DNA of 37,468 nucleotides from a bacterium (GTDB taxonomy: Bacteria > SZUA-182 > DTGQ01 > JAFGSM01). A program made the translations under genes and the position numbers. Of the stretch, positions 27,350-37,000 are shown in pieces (positions within the stretch are counted from its first letter, which is position 1; the number at the start of each line of letters is the position of its first letter). The notes under the pieces were generated by a model, which worked only from the letters and a program-made list of their open reading frames with translations, had not been told where the DNA came from and searched no databases. The stretch is taken from NCBI GenBank assembly GCA_049472315.1, contig JBLIRN010000031.1, forward strand, positions 1-37,468, given 5' to 3'.

Positions 27350-28135
27350 ATGAAAACACGAAATGGTCTTAGGTTTGCTTTTATCCTTATACTCAGCCTG
27401 GCATTGATTGTGTGCCTCGGCTCTCCTGCCGTTATTGCCGCTGGCGGCGGTGGTGGCGGTGGCGGCGGTGGCGGTGGCGGCGGCGGTGCCGGCGGTGCCT
27501 CAGGCGGGGTCGGAGGGAGTGTCGGCGGAATGACCGGCAGCGTCGGTTACGGCACGACCGGCACCGGCTACGGCATGATCGGCTTTGGCCCCATGGCGGG
27601 AAATTATGGCTATACTGTGGGGGGCTTCTGGCCAAGTGCAGCAGGCTTTGGGATGGGCGGCATCCTGAGCGCAGCTATGGCCGGCGGCTCCATGGCAGGA
27701 AATTATGGCTATACGCCTGCGGGCATCATGCCAAGTGCAGGAGGCTTCATGCAAAGTGCAGCAGGCATGGGGATCGGCGGGATGCTGAACGCCGTTATGA
27801 CCGGCAGCGCCATGCAATATTCCGGTAGTGGATGGTCCGGCGCTGGGATGAATCCAACCGGCACGTGGACCGCAGCAGGGATGAATGCGGCCGCCATGAC
27901 GGGCAATGCAATGCAGACCGCGGCCATGTTTGCAAATGCCGCACAGAACGGTGCCTATAACTGGGGCGGTTCCATGAACAATAATGCAGCGAGTATGTGG
28001 GCCACCACCATGCAGAATACCACCGCCAATATGTGGAATAGTGCTCAAGGCATTCACACCATGTTGGTGAATAATGCGCAAAATTCCTATGGCGCGTGGA
28101 TGAATGCGAATATGTACGGACAGGGAATTTACTGA
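27350..28135 (+). CDS. Secreted Gly/Met/Ala/Asn-rich low-complexity protein
   Basis: GGGGG RBS and ATG 27350; signal peptide MKTRNGLRFAFILILSLALIVCLGSPAVIA; poly-Gly tract; duplicated MAGNYGYT unit. Confidence 0.78.
   Translation: MKTRNGLRFAFILILSLALIVCLGSPAVIAAGGGGGGGGGGGGGGGAGGASGGVGGSVGGMTGSVGYGTTGTGYGMIGFGPMAGNYGYTVGGFWPSAAGFGMGGILSAAMAGGSMAGNYGYTPAGIMPSAGGFMQSAAGMGIGGMLNAVMTGSAMQYSGSGWSGAGMNPTGTWTAAGMNAAAMTGNAMQTAAMFANAAQNGAYNWGGSMNNNAASMWATTMQNTTANMWNSAQGIHTMLVNNAQNSYGAWMNANMYGQGIY
27443..27487 (+). repeat. GGY trinucleotide tract encoding poly-glycine
   Basis: About 15 consecutive GGC/GGT codons. Confidence 0.9.
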
Positions 28136-28169
28136 TGCACTAGTGAATCGTTTATGTAAAGTCGTTCTC

Positions 28170-28207
28170 CACGAGGGCCCGGATACAAGATTTCCCGGGC
28201 CCTCGTG
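28170..28207. terminator. Inverted repeat between convergent genes, probable terminator
   Basis: CACGAGGGCCCGG (28170-28182) and CCGGGCCCTCGTG (28195-28207) form a perfect 13-bp stem; the U-tract is weak. Confidence 0.65.
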
Positions 28208-28234
28208 CTTGTGTATCTTCAGTATCGAGTCTGC

Positions 28235-29077
28235 TCATGGTTGACCCTTCCCCACCCTGTAATGCTTCTTTCTTTCGGTAACCATCCCTTCCATGCATAG
28301 GGTTTCCAGGACAGCGGGAACCCTCCCCAGCGGGTCGCGGATTCTTCCGGTCAGTTTCTTTTTGGTGAGATAGGGCTCTGCGAGGAGCTCCTTTAGGATA
28401 AGACCTCTGATCTGCCTGGTCGATCCCGTGAACGGGGACTGCTTTTGGTAATGGAGACTCCTTCGGGAGGGATTCGGATGCGTCCTTTTCAATGCAGTGC
28501 CATAGTCCATGAGCGCCGAATACCATCGGCGCGGATTTTCGCCATCAAGGGTTGCCTCCACCAGGGGCAGGATTTCTGCATCAGGGACATCCGTCTCCCG
28601 CTCGAAGAAATGATGAATGAACACACTGCGGATGTTGGTCTCCACGAATATGACCGGTTCGTTGAAGGCGAAGACGGCTATTGACGCCGCCGTCGCCTTG
28701 CCGATGCCCGGCAGCCTTGCCAGGAGGTCGGGATCAGAGGGGAGGATGCCGTTGTATTGTTCCATGATCATGGCTGCGGCATTTTTCAGTGAAAGGGCCC
28801 GCCTGTTGTATCCGAGACCCTGCCAGACCGCCAGGACCGCGTCGAAGGGTGCCTCGGCGAGCGATGACCAGGCGGGAAACGCGGCCAGGAACTGGGTATA
28901 TTTCCCGATAACCCGGTCCACCTGGGTTTGCTGGAGCATGACCTCGGAAACGAAGATGTGGTAGGGATCGTTCGTTGTCCGCCAGGGAAGGCTCCGCCCG
29001 TGATTCAGAAAGTGATCGTAGATCCGTTTTCTGAATGCTTGAATCCCGCCCTGGCTGAGTGAGGCATGATGCCCCAT
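28235..29077 (-). CDS. mutY: A/G-specific adenine glycosylase, short MutY-like form without Fe-S cluster
   Basis: RSLPWR, DPYHIFVSEVMLQQTQVDRV, WQGLGYNRRA, HhH LPGIGKATA, VETNIRSV, ALMDYG; no Cys cluster motif follows. Confidence 0.85.
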   Translation of the reverse strand: MGHHASLSQGGIQAFRKRIYDHFLNHGRSLPWRTTNDPYHIFVSEVMLQQTQVDRVIGKYTQFLAAFPAWSSLAEAPFDAVLAVWQGLGYNRRALSLKNAAAMIMEQYNGILPSDPDLLARLPGIGKATAASIAVFAFNEPVIFVETNIRSVFIHHFFERETDVPDAEILPLVEATLDGENPRRWYSALMDYGTALKRTHPNPSRRSLHYQKQSPFTGSTRQIRGLILKELLAEPYLTKKKLTGRIRDPLGRVPAVLETLCMEGMVTERKKHYRVGKGQP

Positions 29078-29254
29078 ATCACCTCCTGTGTGGCATGTAC
29101 CGGCCCTCTATCATACGCCGTTTGCCTGTTCGATTACAAGAATCGCCATGCGGCTGGCATCGTCATTCCCTTTCCTATACAATGCCCGCGAAGGGCGGCC
29201 TGGGAAGGCAGCCAAGGGCACCTATTGAACTTTACGTGAAGGGAGGAACACCCC

Positions 29255-29956
29255 ATGCGGCGAGGTGAATGGCTCTTTTTTGTGGTTGTTGCCCTTGTTG
29301 TCGGCGGCATAGGGGGTATGCTATCGGCACGCATTCTTATTCATGGCAGGATCGTTACGGCAGAACGATTCGTGCTTATCGACGGCACAAAGAGGATACG
29401 GGCGGTCCTGGACCAGGATGAAGGCGGCAATCCGCGGTTGTTTTTTTTCGATGAGAAGGGAGGGGTGTCCATGGGCCTGATGAATTCATCCGAAGGCAAT
29501 AGAACAACCGCCCTCAATTTCTACAGCACGGAAGGCAATCCCTATCTCAGTCTCGGGGTTTCGAACAACCAACCGACGCTCGGATTCTTTGACGACGATA
29601 TGAGGCCCCGCAGCATCCTTCGCCTCGAGCCCAACGGAGACCCCCTGCTTATGCTCTTTAACGAGGAGGGCGCATCCTGCCAGATCATGGGGAATAAGGA
29701 CAGTATTGCATTGATGTTCAGGGATAAGGAGAACGCCCATGGGAGTTCCCTCGGGTTGATTGGAGGCCATCCCCAATTGTCCCTTGACCACACGGAAGGA
29801 ATGAATATCCGGTTCGTGAATGATGCAGAAAGGGTCGGTCTCTTTTTCAGCGATCGAAACCGGAAGGTTCGGGGCATCCTGGGCATGGATACTAATGAGG
29901 AGGCATTTCTCACCTTCCTGGGCGAGGATACACAACGGATCTGGAGGGCGCCGTAA
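29255..29956 (+). CDS. Membrane-anchored hypothetical protein with repeated beta-hairpin units
   Basis: GGAGG RBS; N-terminal TM helix; recurring (P)xLxF(F)Dxxxxx(R)xxL units. Confidence 0.75.
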   Translation: MRRGEWLFFVVVALVVGGIGGMLSARILIHGRIVTAERFVLIDGTKRIRAVLDQDEGGNPRLFFFDEKGGVSMGLMNSSEGNRTTALNFYSTEGNPYLSLGVSNNQPTLGFFDDDMRPRSILRLEPNGDPLLMLFNEEGASCQIMGNKDSIALMFRDKENAHGSSLGLIGGHPQLSLDHTEGMNIRFVNDAERVGLFFSDRNRKVRGILGMDTNEEAFLTFLGEDTQRIWRAP

Positions 29957-30272
29957 TCTTCACGGCATCGGCCGTTACGCCTCGATCGGGCCGGGGGAGC
30001 AATCATTACATCCAAGATTTATAACCTTCGATACATTACAGGAGAGGCCACGTCACTCTTCCCTTGAGACAATGAGTAATGATTCAGGATGTGTCCTCAA
30101 GGAGGTTGTTTCTTTTCGGGGGGAACGTCTCCTTCGATCCGGCAAGATTACAGGGCGTTGCGGCATCCCTTGAGTTTTTATGAAAAAGGTGTTATGACAA
30201 TAAACGACGCCGTAATTTATTGAATCATCTATTTTAAACAGAGAGGCGATAATTTTTAACGGAGTGTGCACA

Positions 30273-30863
30273 ATGGTACGTAAGGGCCTATGGTTGGCAT
30301 TAGTGGTATTCCTCGCAGCATTACCGGTTCGTGCCGAGGAGAGGATCGTGTATGTGAATGTTCCCAGTGTGAATGTCAGGGCGGATGCGGGCACCGAATA
30401 TATGGTCATCAAGTCGGTCCCCCTTGGCGATCCCCTTAAGGTTCTCGCCGAGAGGGAAAAATGGGTAAAGGTCGCATTGCAGGACAAAACCGTGGGATGG
30501 GTCTACAATACCATGGTGACCGACAACATCCCGCTTTCGATCAGGATTAATCAACTGGAATCCAGGCTCAAGACCCAGGCTGCTGAATTTGAGCTCACCA
30601 AGGAACGACTTCAGGATCAGACGGATAAGAATGCCCAGCTCAACAGCAGATTGAAGGATGCCCAACAGGAGCTCGATACGCTCAAACGGAAGAACCATCA
30701 ATTGGAAAGCCTTGATCGCATAACGTTGGCAGGGATTGGGATCGTGCTCCTTCTCCTTGGATGGGGAGGGGGCTTCATTGCAGGGGTTTTTAAGCGCCAG
30801 GCAGAAGATAAGCGCTTTGTCAAGATGATGATCGAGGCAAAGTCCCTCAAAAAGGCGGAGTAA
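30273..30863 (+). CDS. SH3 domain protein with coiled coil and C-terminal TM anchor (YgiM-like)
   Basis: Signal peptide (...LPVRA), SH3b VNVRADAGTEY...WVKV...GWV, coiled coil, TM AGIGIVLLLLGWGGGFIAG. Confidence 0.85.
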   Translation: MVRKGLWLALVVFLAALPVRAEERIVYVNVPSVNVRADAGTEYMVIKSVPLGDPLKVLAEREKWVKVALQDKTVGWVYNTMVTDNIPLSIRINQLESRLKTQAAEFELTKERLQDQTDKNAQLNSRLKDAQQELDTLKRKNHQLESLDRITLAGIGIVLLLLGWGGGFIAGVFKRQAEDKRFVKMMIEAKSLKKAE

Positions 30864-31366
30864 CCTTCCTTCCAATTGAAAGGCGCCTTCTTTCCATGAC
30901 AGTGCGTGCCGTGTACCCCTTTCGCGGTACTCACCTGCCTGAACCATCCATACCCGTGCAATCACCCTTCTTGCCCCGGCTTGCCTGACAGCGAAGGCCG
31001 GAAGCGAGTAACCGCTCATTATACTTCCCCTTTCCGCACAACCTGGCAATTATAAACCCAAGGCATGCAATTCACCACCGAGCACAGCGAACGCCGTGCA
31101 CCGCGCTCGATTTTTCAGGGCAAGTAATGTTTTTCTGAAATTATCGTCTTCTGTTTTCTATGGCATTTTTTGCAGGCCATCTCAACACATCGTTCATATC
31201 TCTTCATGGCTGCGATTCGCACATGGATTTCCCATTTATACCTGGGTATCAGCGGGACACCGGCTCCATGTGAAGGGAGGTGGGAATGGCATTGTAATCT
31301 CGTAGGATACGTTTGCAGTATATAATTTAACTCCCTGAAAAAGGGGTTGTTTCGGAGGCTACAAAA

Positions 31367-31930
31367 ATGAGAAAGAAGGGAATTTACACCATCGTGATCC
31401 TTGCCCTCATCGTAATCTTAGGGGTATGTCATGCGCACAATGCCAACGCCTACTTCGGCATGTACGGCGGTCTTTCCGGCCTGGGCGGCTATGGCGGATT
31501 GGGGCTCGGCATGTACGGCGGCCTGTCCGGTTTGGGACTGTACGGCATGTACGGCGGTCTTTCCGGCCTGGGTGGCTATGGCGGATTGGGGCTTGGTATG
31601 TACGGCGGCCTGTCCGGTTTGGGACTGTACGGCATGTACGGCGGTCTCTCCGGCCTGGGCGGCACCCATAATATATACGGCGGCGGAGCCCTGGGTGAGG
31701 CCTATTATGGAGGCTTGATGGGCGGCCTGTACGGCATGTACGGCGGTCTTTCCGGCCTGGGCGGCTATGGCGGATTGGGGCTCGGCATGTATGGCGGCCT
31801 GTCCGGTTTGGGCATGTACGGCGGCCTCTCCGGCATGTATGGGGGCCTGTACGGCATGTTCGGATCGCTGCTGACATCCCCGACCACCACGACAACCACA
31901 CCCGCAATAACTCCGGCGTCGACTGTTTAG
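31367..31930 (+). CDS. Secreted Gly/Leu/Tyr/Met repeat protein with Thr-rich tail
   Basis: GGAGG RBS; signal peptide ending ANA; many GMYGGLSGLG units; C-terminal PTTTTTTPAITPASTV. Confidence 0.82.
   Translation: MRKKGIYTIVILALIVILGVCHAHNANAYFGMYGGLSGLGGYGGLGLGMYGGLSGLGLYGMYGGLSGLGGYGGLGLGMYGGLSGLGLYGMYGGLSGLGGTHNIYGGGALGEAYYGGLMGGLYGMYGGLSGLGGYGGLGLGMYGGLSGLGMYGGLSGMYGGLYGMFGSLLTSPTTTTTTPAITPASTV
31454..31860 (+). repeat. Intragenic tandem repeat, 87-nt (29-aa) unit
   Basis: Equivalent ATG codons at 31460, 31547, 31634 (87-nt period) and a further copy at 31736; unit YGMYGGLSGLGGYGGLGLGMYGGLSGLGL. Confidence 0.9.
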
Positions 31931-31993
31931 TCCCGGGCCGGTTGTCTGATGCGCCGGATTCCAGGCGGCATCGGACGTATATTTGACCGGAAG

Positions 31994-32041
31994 AAGGGTA
32001 TCACATCTTTCCCTGCACGGGAGGCGTGATACCCTTTTTTT
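31994..32041 (+). terminator. Rho-independent terminator
   Basis: AAGGGTATCAC...GTGATACCCTT stem running into a T tract, downstream of 31367-31930. Confidence 0.8.
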
Positions 32042-32190
32042 CAGCCGGCCAACTGTATTCGCACCGTACAAGCCACATCCGATGTAATGAGTCCACAGGA
32101 TCGCGCCATTGCCATGGATTCCACAGGGTGTTCATAGCATGCATTCACGATTTGGAAAAAAATCCGTAATAGCGTAAAATATAATAGTAT

Positions 32191-32203
32191 TATCAATACC
32201 TTA
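32191..32203 (+). promoter_or_regulatory. Possible IHF binding site
   Basis: TATCAA-TACC-TTA is an exact consensus match with AT-rich 5' flank. Confidence 0.45.
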
Positions 32204-32461
32204 ATGTTTCTGCTCCGTAAGGATGCATTACATCGAAGAGGTCTCCGCGACGATCGTAATCGTTGGATATCAAGGAGTCTTATGCCATACCTCGGACGAT
32301 AACCCCTTGCTTTCTGCCAATGCTTGTGCTTCAGGGGGTGAGGGATTGAAACATGCCTCGCCGGGCTTCTCGATGCCCGGTGTTATTCATGGACGCAACG
32401 AGGCATGGATGTTCATTGGGCCCCATGGACCTGTGGATGCCATGGTGGGAAAGGAGCGGTG

Positions 32462-33436
32462 ATGACAATGAAGAAAAATCGGCTGATGATCCTCCTGTGT
32501 GTTGTGCCGGTCATCCTTTGTATCATGGATACAGGAAGCGTCAATGCCTTTCAACTGATAACCGCCCAGGAGGCCTTTGACATGGTGCAGGGAGGGCAGG
32601 CGACCGTTGTGGATGTGAGGACCATCGAGGAATACGTGTTCCTCGGGAGCCCTGCCCTTGAATCCGGGGGAGATCCCATCGCCTATCTGATCCCTTTAAA
32701 GCTCTTCAAGGGCATCGACGGGGAGGGGAAGAAGGAATTCACATCCAATCCTGATTTCGATGCGCTCGTTGACCAGACATTCGGAGATGCAAAGGATCAG
32801 GCCTTGATCATGATGTGCGCATGCGGGATCAGGAGCACGCTAGCCGCGGAGAGACTTGAATCCCGCGGCTACACCAACGTTTACGAGATCGATAACCCTC
32901 TCCTGGAATTGGCCAGCTACCCGGGGGGACATGGGGGTTTTCAGGGCTCGTGTTACAAGGATGCATATGAGGGATATACGGGGTATCCGGGCAGGATGGA
33001 GCACGGCAATGCCGTGTTCTCCGTGGAAACGGTAACCAGCAACGTCGATAGCCTGGATGATTCTGTTTCTTGGATGGACACAGGACTGCCGGTAACCTTC
33101 CTGGCAGACCCTGATAAGATCCCCAAAAAGGCTGTTGCCCCGGAGGCGTCCGAAAAAACCAAACCCCGCTCGCAATCGTCCCTCCCATTTTTCTATGTCC
33201 CGTGGATGTCCGGGTTCGGACAACAACCATACCTTTCTATGCCGTCCTATTATACACCGTCTTATACCTCGTCCTATACCTCGTCGATATGGCGTGTGTC
33301 TCCATACGGGGGGAATCTTCCGGCTCTCACCCCGTATCAATGGAATTCCTGGTCATACCCCTCCACCATGCTGCAGTATACGATCCCCACACCGAATACG
33401 AGGGACGTTGATCAATCATCCTGCGGGTATTCTTGA
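32462..33436 (+). CDS. Secreted rhodanese-domain protein with Ser/Tyr/Pro-rich tail
   Basis: AAGGAG RBS; signal peptide ending VNA; ITAQEAFDM, VVDVRTIEEY, active loop MCACGIRS; start at 32462 or 32468. Confidence 0.82.
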   Translation: MTMKKNRLMILLCVVPVILCIMDTGSVNAFQLITAQEAFDMVQGGQATVVDVRTIEEYVFLGSPALESGGDPIAYLIPLKLFKGIDGEGKKEFTSNPDFDALVDQTFGDAKDQALIMMCACGIRSTLAAERLESRGYTNVYEIDNPLLELASYPGGHGGFQGSCYKDAYEGYTGYPGRMEHGNAVFSVETVTSNVDSLDDSVSWMDTGLPVTFLADPDKIPKKAVAPEASEKTKPRSQSSLPFFYVPWMSGFGQQPYLSMPSYYTPSYTSSYTSSIWRVSPYGGNLPALTPYQWNSWSYPSTMLQYTIPTPNTRDVDQSSCGYS

Positions 33437-33807
33437 GGATGATGCGGAATCGCCAGGTGGGCGATCCAAGGGTAGGGCAAAGTACGGAAGGGACCGGTAT
33501 GAACTGAGGCACGATCGCGGACCGGTTGCACAAGAATGGTATGATACCATGGTCGCGTCACGCGGGAGGCCATAAAAGGCTCGCCATGCCCGGATTCCCC
33601 TTTGAAGGGCCTGCAGGTGTCCATTATTGTCCATTACCGGGGTTTCTTCTTCCCTCATGCTATATAAGGTCAAGCGACCATTGCTTCGCCATATAGAACA
33701 AAAAACGGCAATAAACCGACAAAAATTGTCACTACCGCTGTGTGTCGTCTTTTTTCTCAATAGAGAAAAATGTCTTAATTACAATAGCTTAAATAAAATT
33801 GTACCCA

Positions 33808-33823
33808 TGGCATTGATCTTGCC
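33808..33823 (+). promoter_or_regulatory. Sigma-54 (-24/-12) promoter
   Basis: TGGCATTGATCTTGCC with GG-N10-GC; near-IHF site TTACAA-TAGC-TTA at 33779-33791. Confidence 0.7.
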
Positions 33824-34014
33824 CACATAGTGTGGATGATTTCTGCTGCATGGAATGACCGAATGTCATAAATGGTTTTATGCAAGGGGGTTCCTGAACC
33901 ATGGTGTAAGCGGACGATGTTATAAAAAAGACGGGTCGTTAGGTTCATTCGATCGGAACACGGTTAAATGGCACAACACGTATCAGTTCATAGCTGACTG
34001 AAAAGGAGGAGGCC

Positions 34015-37000
34015 ATGTCGACCACACGATCAAGAATATGCCTGACGGCTTTTTTATTTTTGATGATCCTTGTGCTCATTTTTCCCCTCAGGGCAAGCGC
34101 ATTCGTGCGTGAGGTGGGGAGCGGCAAACTTTACCCATCCATTGGGGCTGCTCTTATCGCTGCCGAAACCGGGGATGTCATCATCGTTTATGCCGGTTCG
34201 TACAAGGAATGTGTGCTGGTGGAAAAATCGGTGACCATTCAAGCTGCGGAAAGGGAATCCGCCAGGATTCAAGGAAATGGACAGTATGGTTTCAAGATCA
34301 CCGCCGACCATGTCAGCATCACCGGTTTTATTGTCGAGGATTCTCCTCAATACGGAATTCTGCTTGAGAATGCGGAGTTTTGTACCATATCTGATAATCA
34401 CATAGTACAGAATAACACGGATGGAGTGGTGATTATTGCATCACGGTACAATGTCATAGTAAATAATTATATCCATCATAACGGATTCATGGGGATCAAT
34501 GTAACGGTGAATTCGTCTAATAATAATATTGTAAACAATAGGATCATATCCAACTATCGGCAAGGGATATACCTGACGAAGACGCATCAAAACAATATAG
34601 TCAACAATGAGATATCCAATAATCTTTATAACAACATGTATCTTTCTGCATCAAACTACAATAGTATATCGAACAATATCATTAACAACAATAACAACTA
34701 TTCTTGTATTGAGATCTCTCAGTCACAGTATAATAATATAACGAATAACGTCATTTCACATACCAGCCATTATACCATCAGGTTTGGCAGCGGATCATAC
34801 GATAATGCCGTCTATCTGAATGATTTTTTAGGCGGCAAGCCTTATGCGCAAAATGCCCAGAACCAATGGTACTCGCCTGATGAGATAACCTACGTTTACA
34901 AAGGTACCACCTTCACCAGCAATCTTGGGAACTATTGGCATAATTATTTGGGACGGGATGTTACGAATGAGGAGGAGTCTGAGGATGGTATCGGGGATAC
35001 CCCCTTTGCTCCGAACACGAGTACGCCCGGTGAAATCGATTACTACCCGCTGGTCTGCCGGTTCAACGAGTTGGACCCGGACGGCAACTATCTTAACTAT
35101 GTCGTCGATGTGAGGGTTGATCCCGATCAGGGGCGTCAAGGGGAGACCCTCGACGTTGCCATAAGAGGGTTCAATTTTGCAGCGATAACCGCATTGGACT
35201 TTGGGGAGGGAATCACCGTCAACAGCTTCACGGTCGAGAGCCCGATCCTGATCACCGCCAATATCAGCATAGACAACGTTGCGAGCACGAGATATCGAGA
35301 CGTTGTAATGAGCAAACCCCTCTTTACCCTGGTCCTTTCCGGATGCTTTAACGTGCTTCCCTCTAACAGACCGCCCGTTGCCGATGCAGGGCCGGATCAG
35401 ACGGTTGAGCCGGACAGGCCCATGGGAGCGGAGGTCTGCCTCGATGCATCCGCTTCCACTGACCCGGATGGAGACACCCTCGAATACCTTTGGACATGGA
35501 GCGGGGGAAGCAAGGAGGGGGCTAAGGTATGGGTGGTCTTGCCGTTGGGGGAGACCACAGTGAATCTGACGGTCAAAGACGGGATTGAATCCGCTACAGA
35601 TGCGGTGCATATCAGCGTTGTTGATACCATCCCTCCGGTGATCACCTGCCCCGAGGATGTCACCCTCACGGTCAACGAGACATGTACCGCGCAGGTGGAT
35701 ATTACCGCCTCGGTTCTCGATGCCTGCGACTCCTATCCGGATATGAGCAGCGATGCCCCGGCGGAGTATCCCCTTGGGGAGACCATCGTCACCTTCAGTG
35801 CTGTTGACAACTCAGGCAATTCCTCCTCGTGCACGGCACAGGTGACCGTGATCGACGATTCCCCCCCTGTTGCCGCATCCGTACCCCTTGACGTGTATCT
35901 CAATAATGACCCTGGAGAATGTGGCGCATCGGTTCCCTGGACGTCCCCCTCCTTTACCGACAATTGCGGAGAGGTGCGCGTGGACGGCTCCCATGCCCCA
36001 GGTGCATTTTTTCCTGTCCGATGCGAGGAAGGGGCAACAGGAACAACGGTCACCTATACGGCAAGCGATGGGAGCGGCAATACCGCATCGTACGGGTTTG
36101 TTGTAACCGTCACCGATACGGAGCATCCTTCTGCGCTCAATTGCCCGGGGGATATCAGGGTTTCCTGTGAGCCGGGATTGGATGGCGCCATGGTGCAGTG
36201 GATCGCGCCGACCTTTGCGGATAACTGCAGCGTCAGGAATGTGTCGAGCAGCCATCAGCCCGGCGATTTCTTCCCTGTGGAGTGCGGCGAGAATCCCCAG
36301 GGGACCCTGGTCACCTATGCGGCAACCGATGGGTGCGGAAATAGCGCACGCTGCAGCTTCAATGTCACTGTTGTTGACGAGCAGGCGCCGGTGGTGCTCG
36401 ATTCCCCCGGGGATATCACGGTGCCTTGTGATCCGGGGGCAAATGGCGCGGCAGTGCAATGGACACCACCGTCATTCACGGATAACTATAAAGTGGCGAA
36501 TATCTCCAGTACGCATCAACCCGGTGAATTCTTCCCCGCCGAATGCGGTGAAAATCCGGAAGGGACCCTGGTCACCTATACGGCAACCGATGTGTGCGGC
36601 AACGTCAGCACGTGCAGCTTTACGGTGCGTGTCCTGGACAACGAAAACCCAAGGATTGTAATACTCTCCCCTGAAGAGGGAATCTATCATACCACTGAGG
36701 GTATTGTTGAGATCCGTTATGTAGCCACCGACAACACCGATCCCTCACCGGAGACGACCATCACCCTTGACGGTGAGCCCGCTGAGGATTACCTGAACAT
36801 CTGCGGCCTGTCATTGGGGCCCCATACCATCGTCGTAACCTCCGTTGATCATTGCGGCAATACCAGTGAAGCCGCGATGACCTTCCAGGTCCAGCCGGAG
36901 CCCCTGTCCATGGATATCGACCGGCTCCATGTGCACTGGGAGCCCGATTACCTGAATCGTCGGAAGCGGAGCTGGAAACCCCGCAATGACCGTCTTACCG

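Noticed and set aside
28235..28520. MutY pseudogene because the Fe-S motif and NUDIX-like domain are missing
   Set aside because: The frame is intact and short Fe-S-less MutY-like proteins are a known variant.
31454..31860. Regular direct repeats resembling a CRISPR array
   Set aside because: Repeats are in-frame, tandem, lack unique spacers and vary at third codon positions; no cas genes.
33470..33530. GGGCAAA... resembling a c-di-GMP-I riboswitch start
   Set aside because: Lacks the P2 GNRA hairpin and the downstream GACGCAAAG element.
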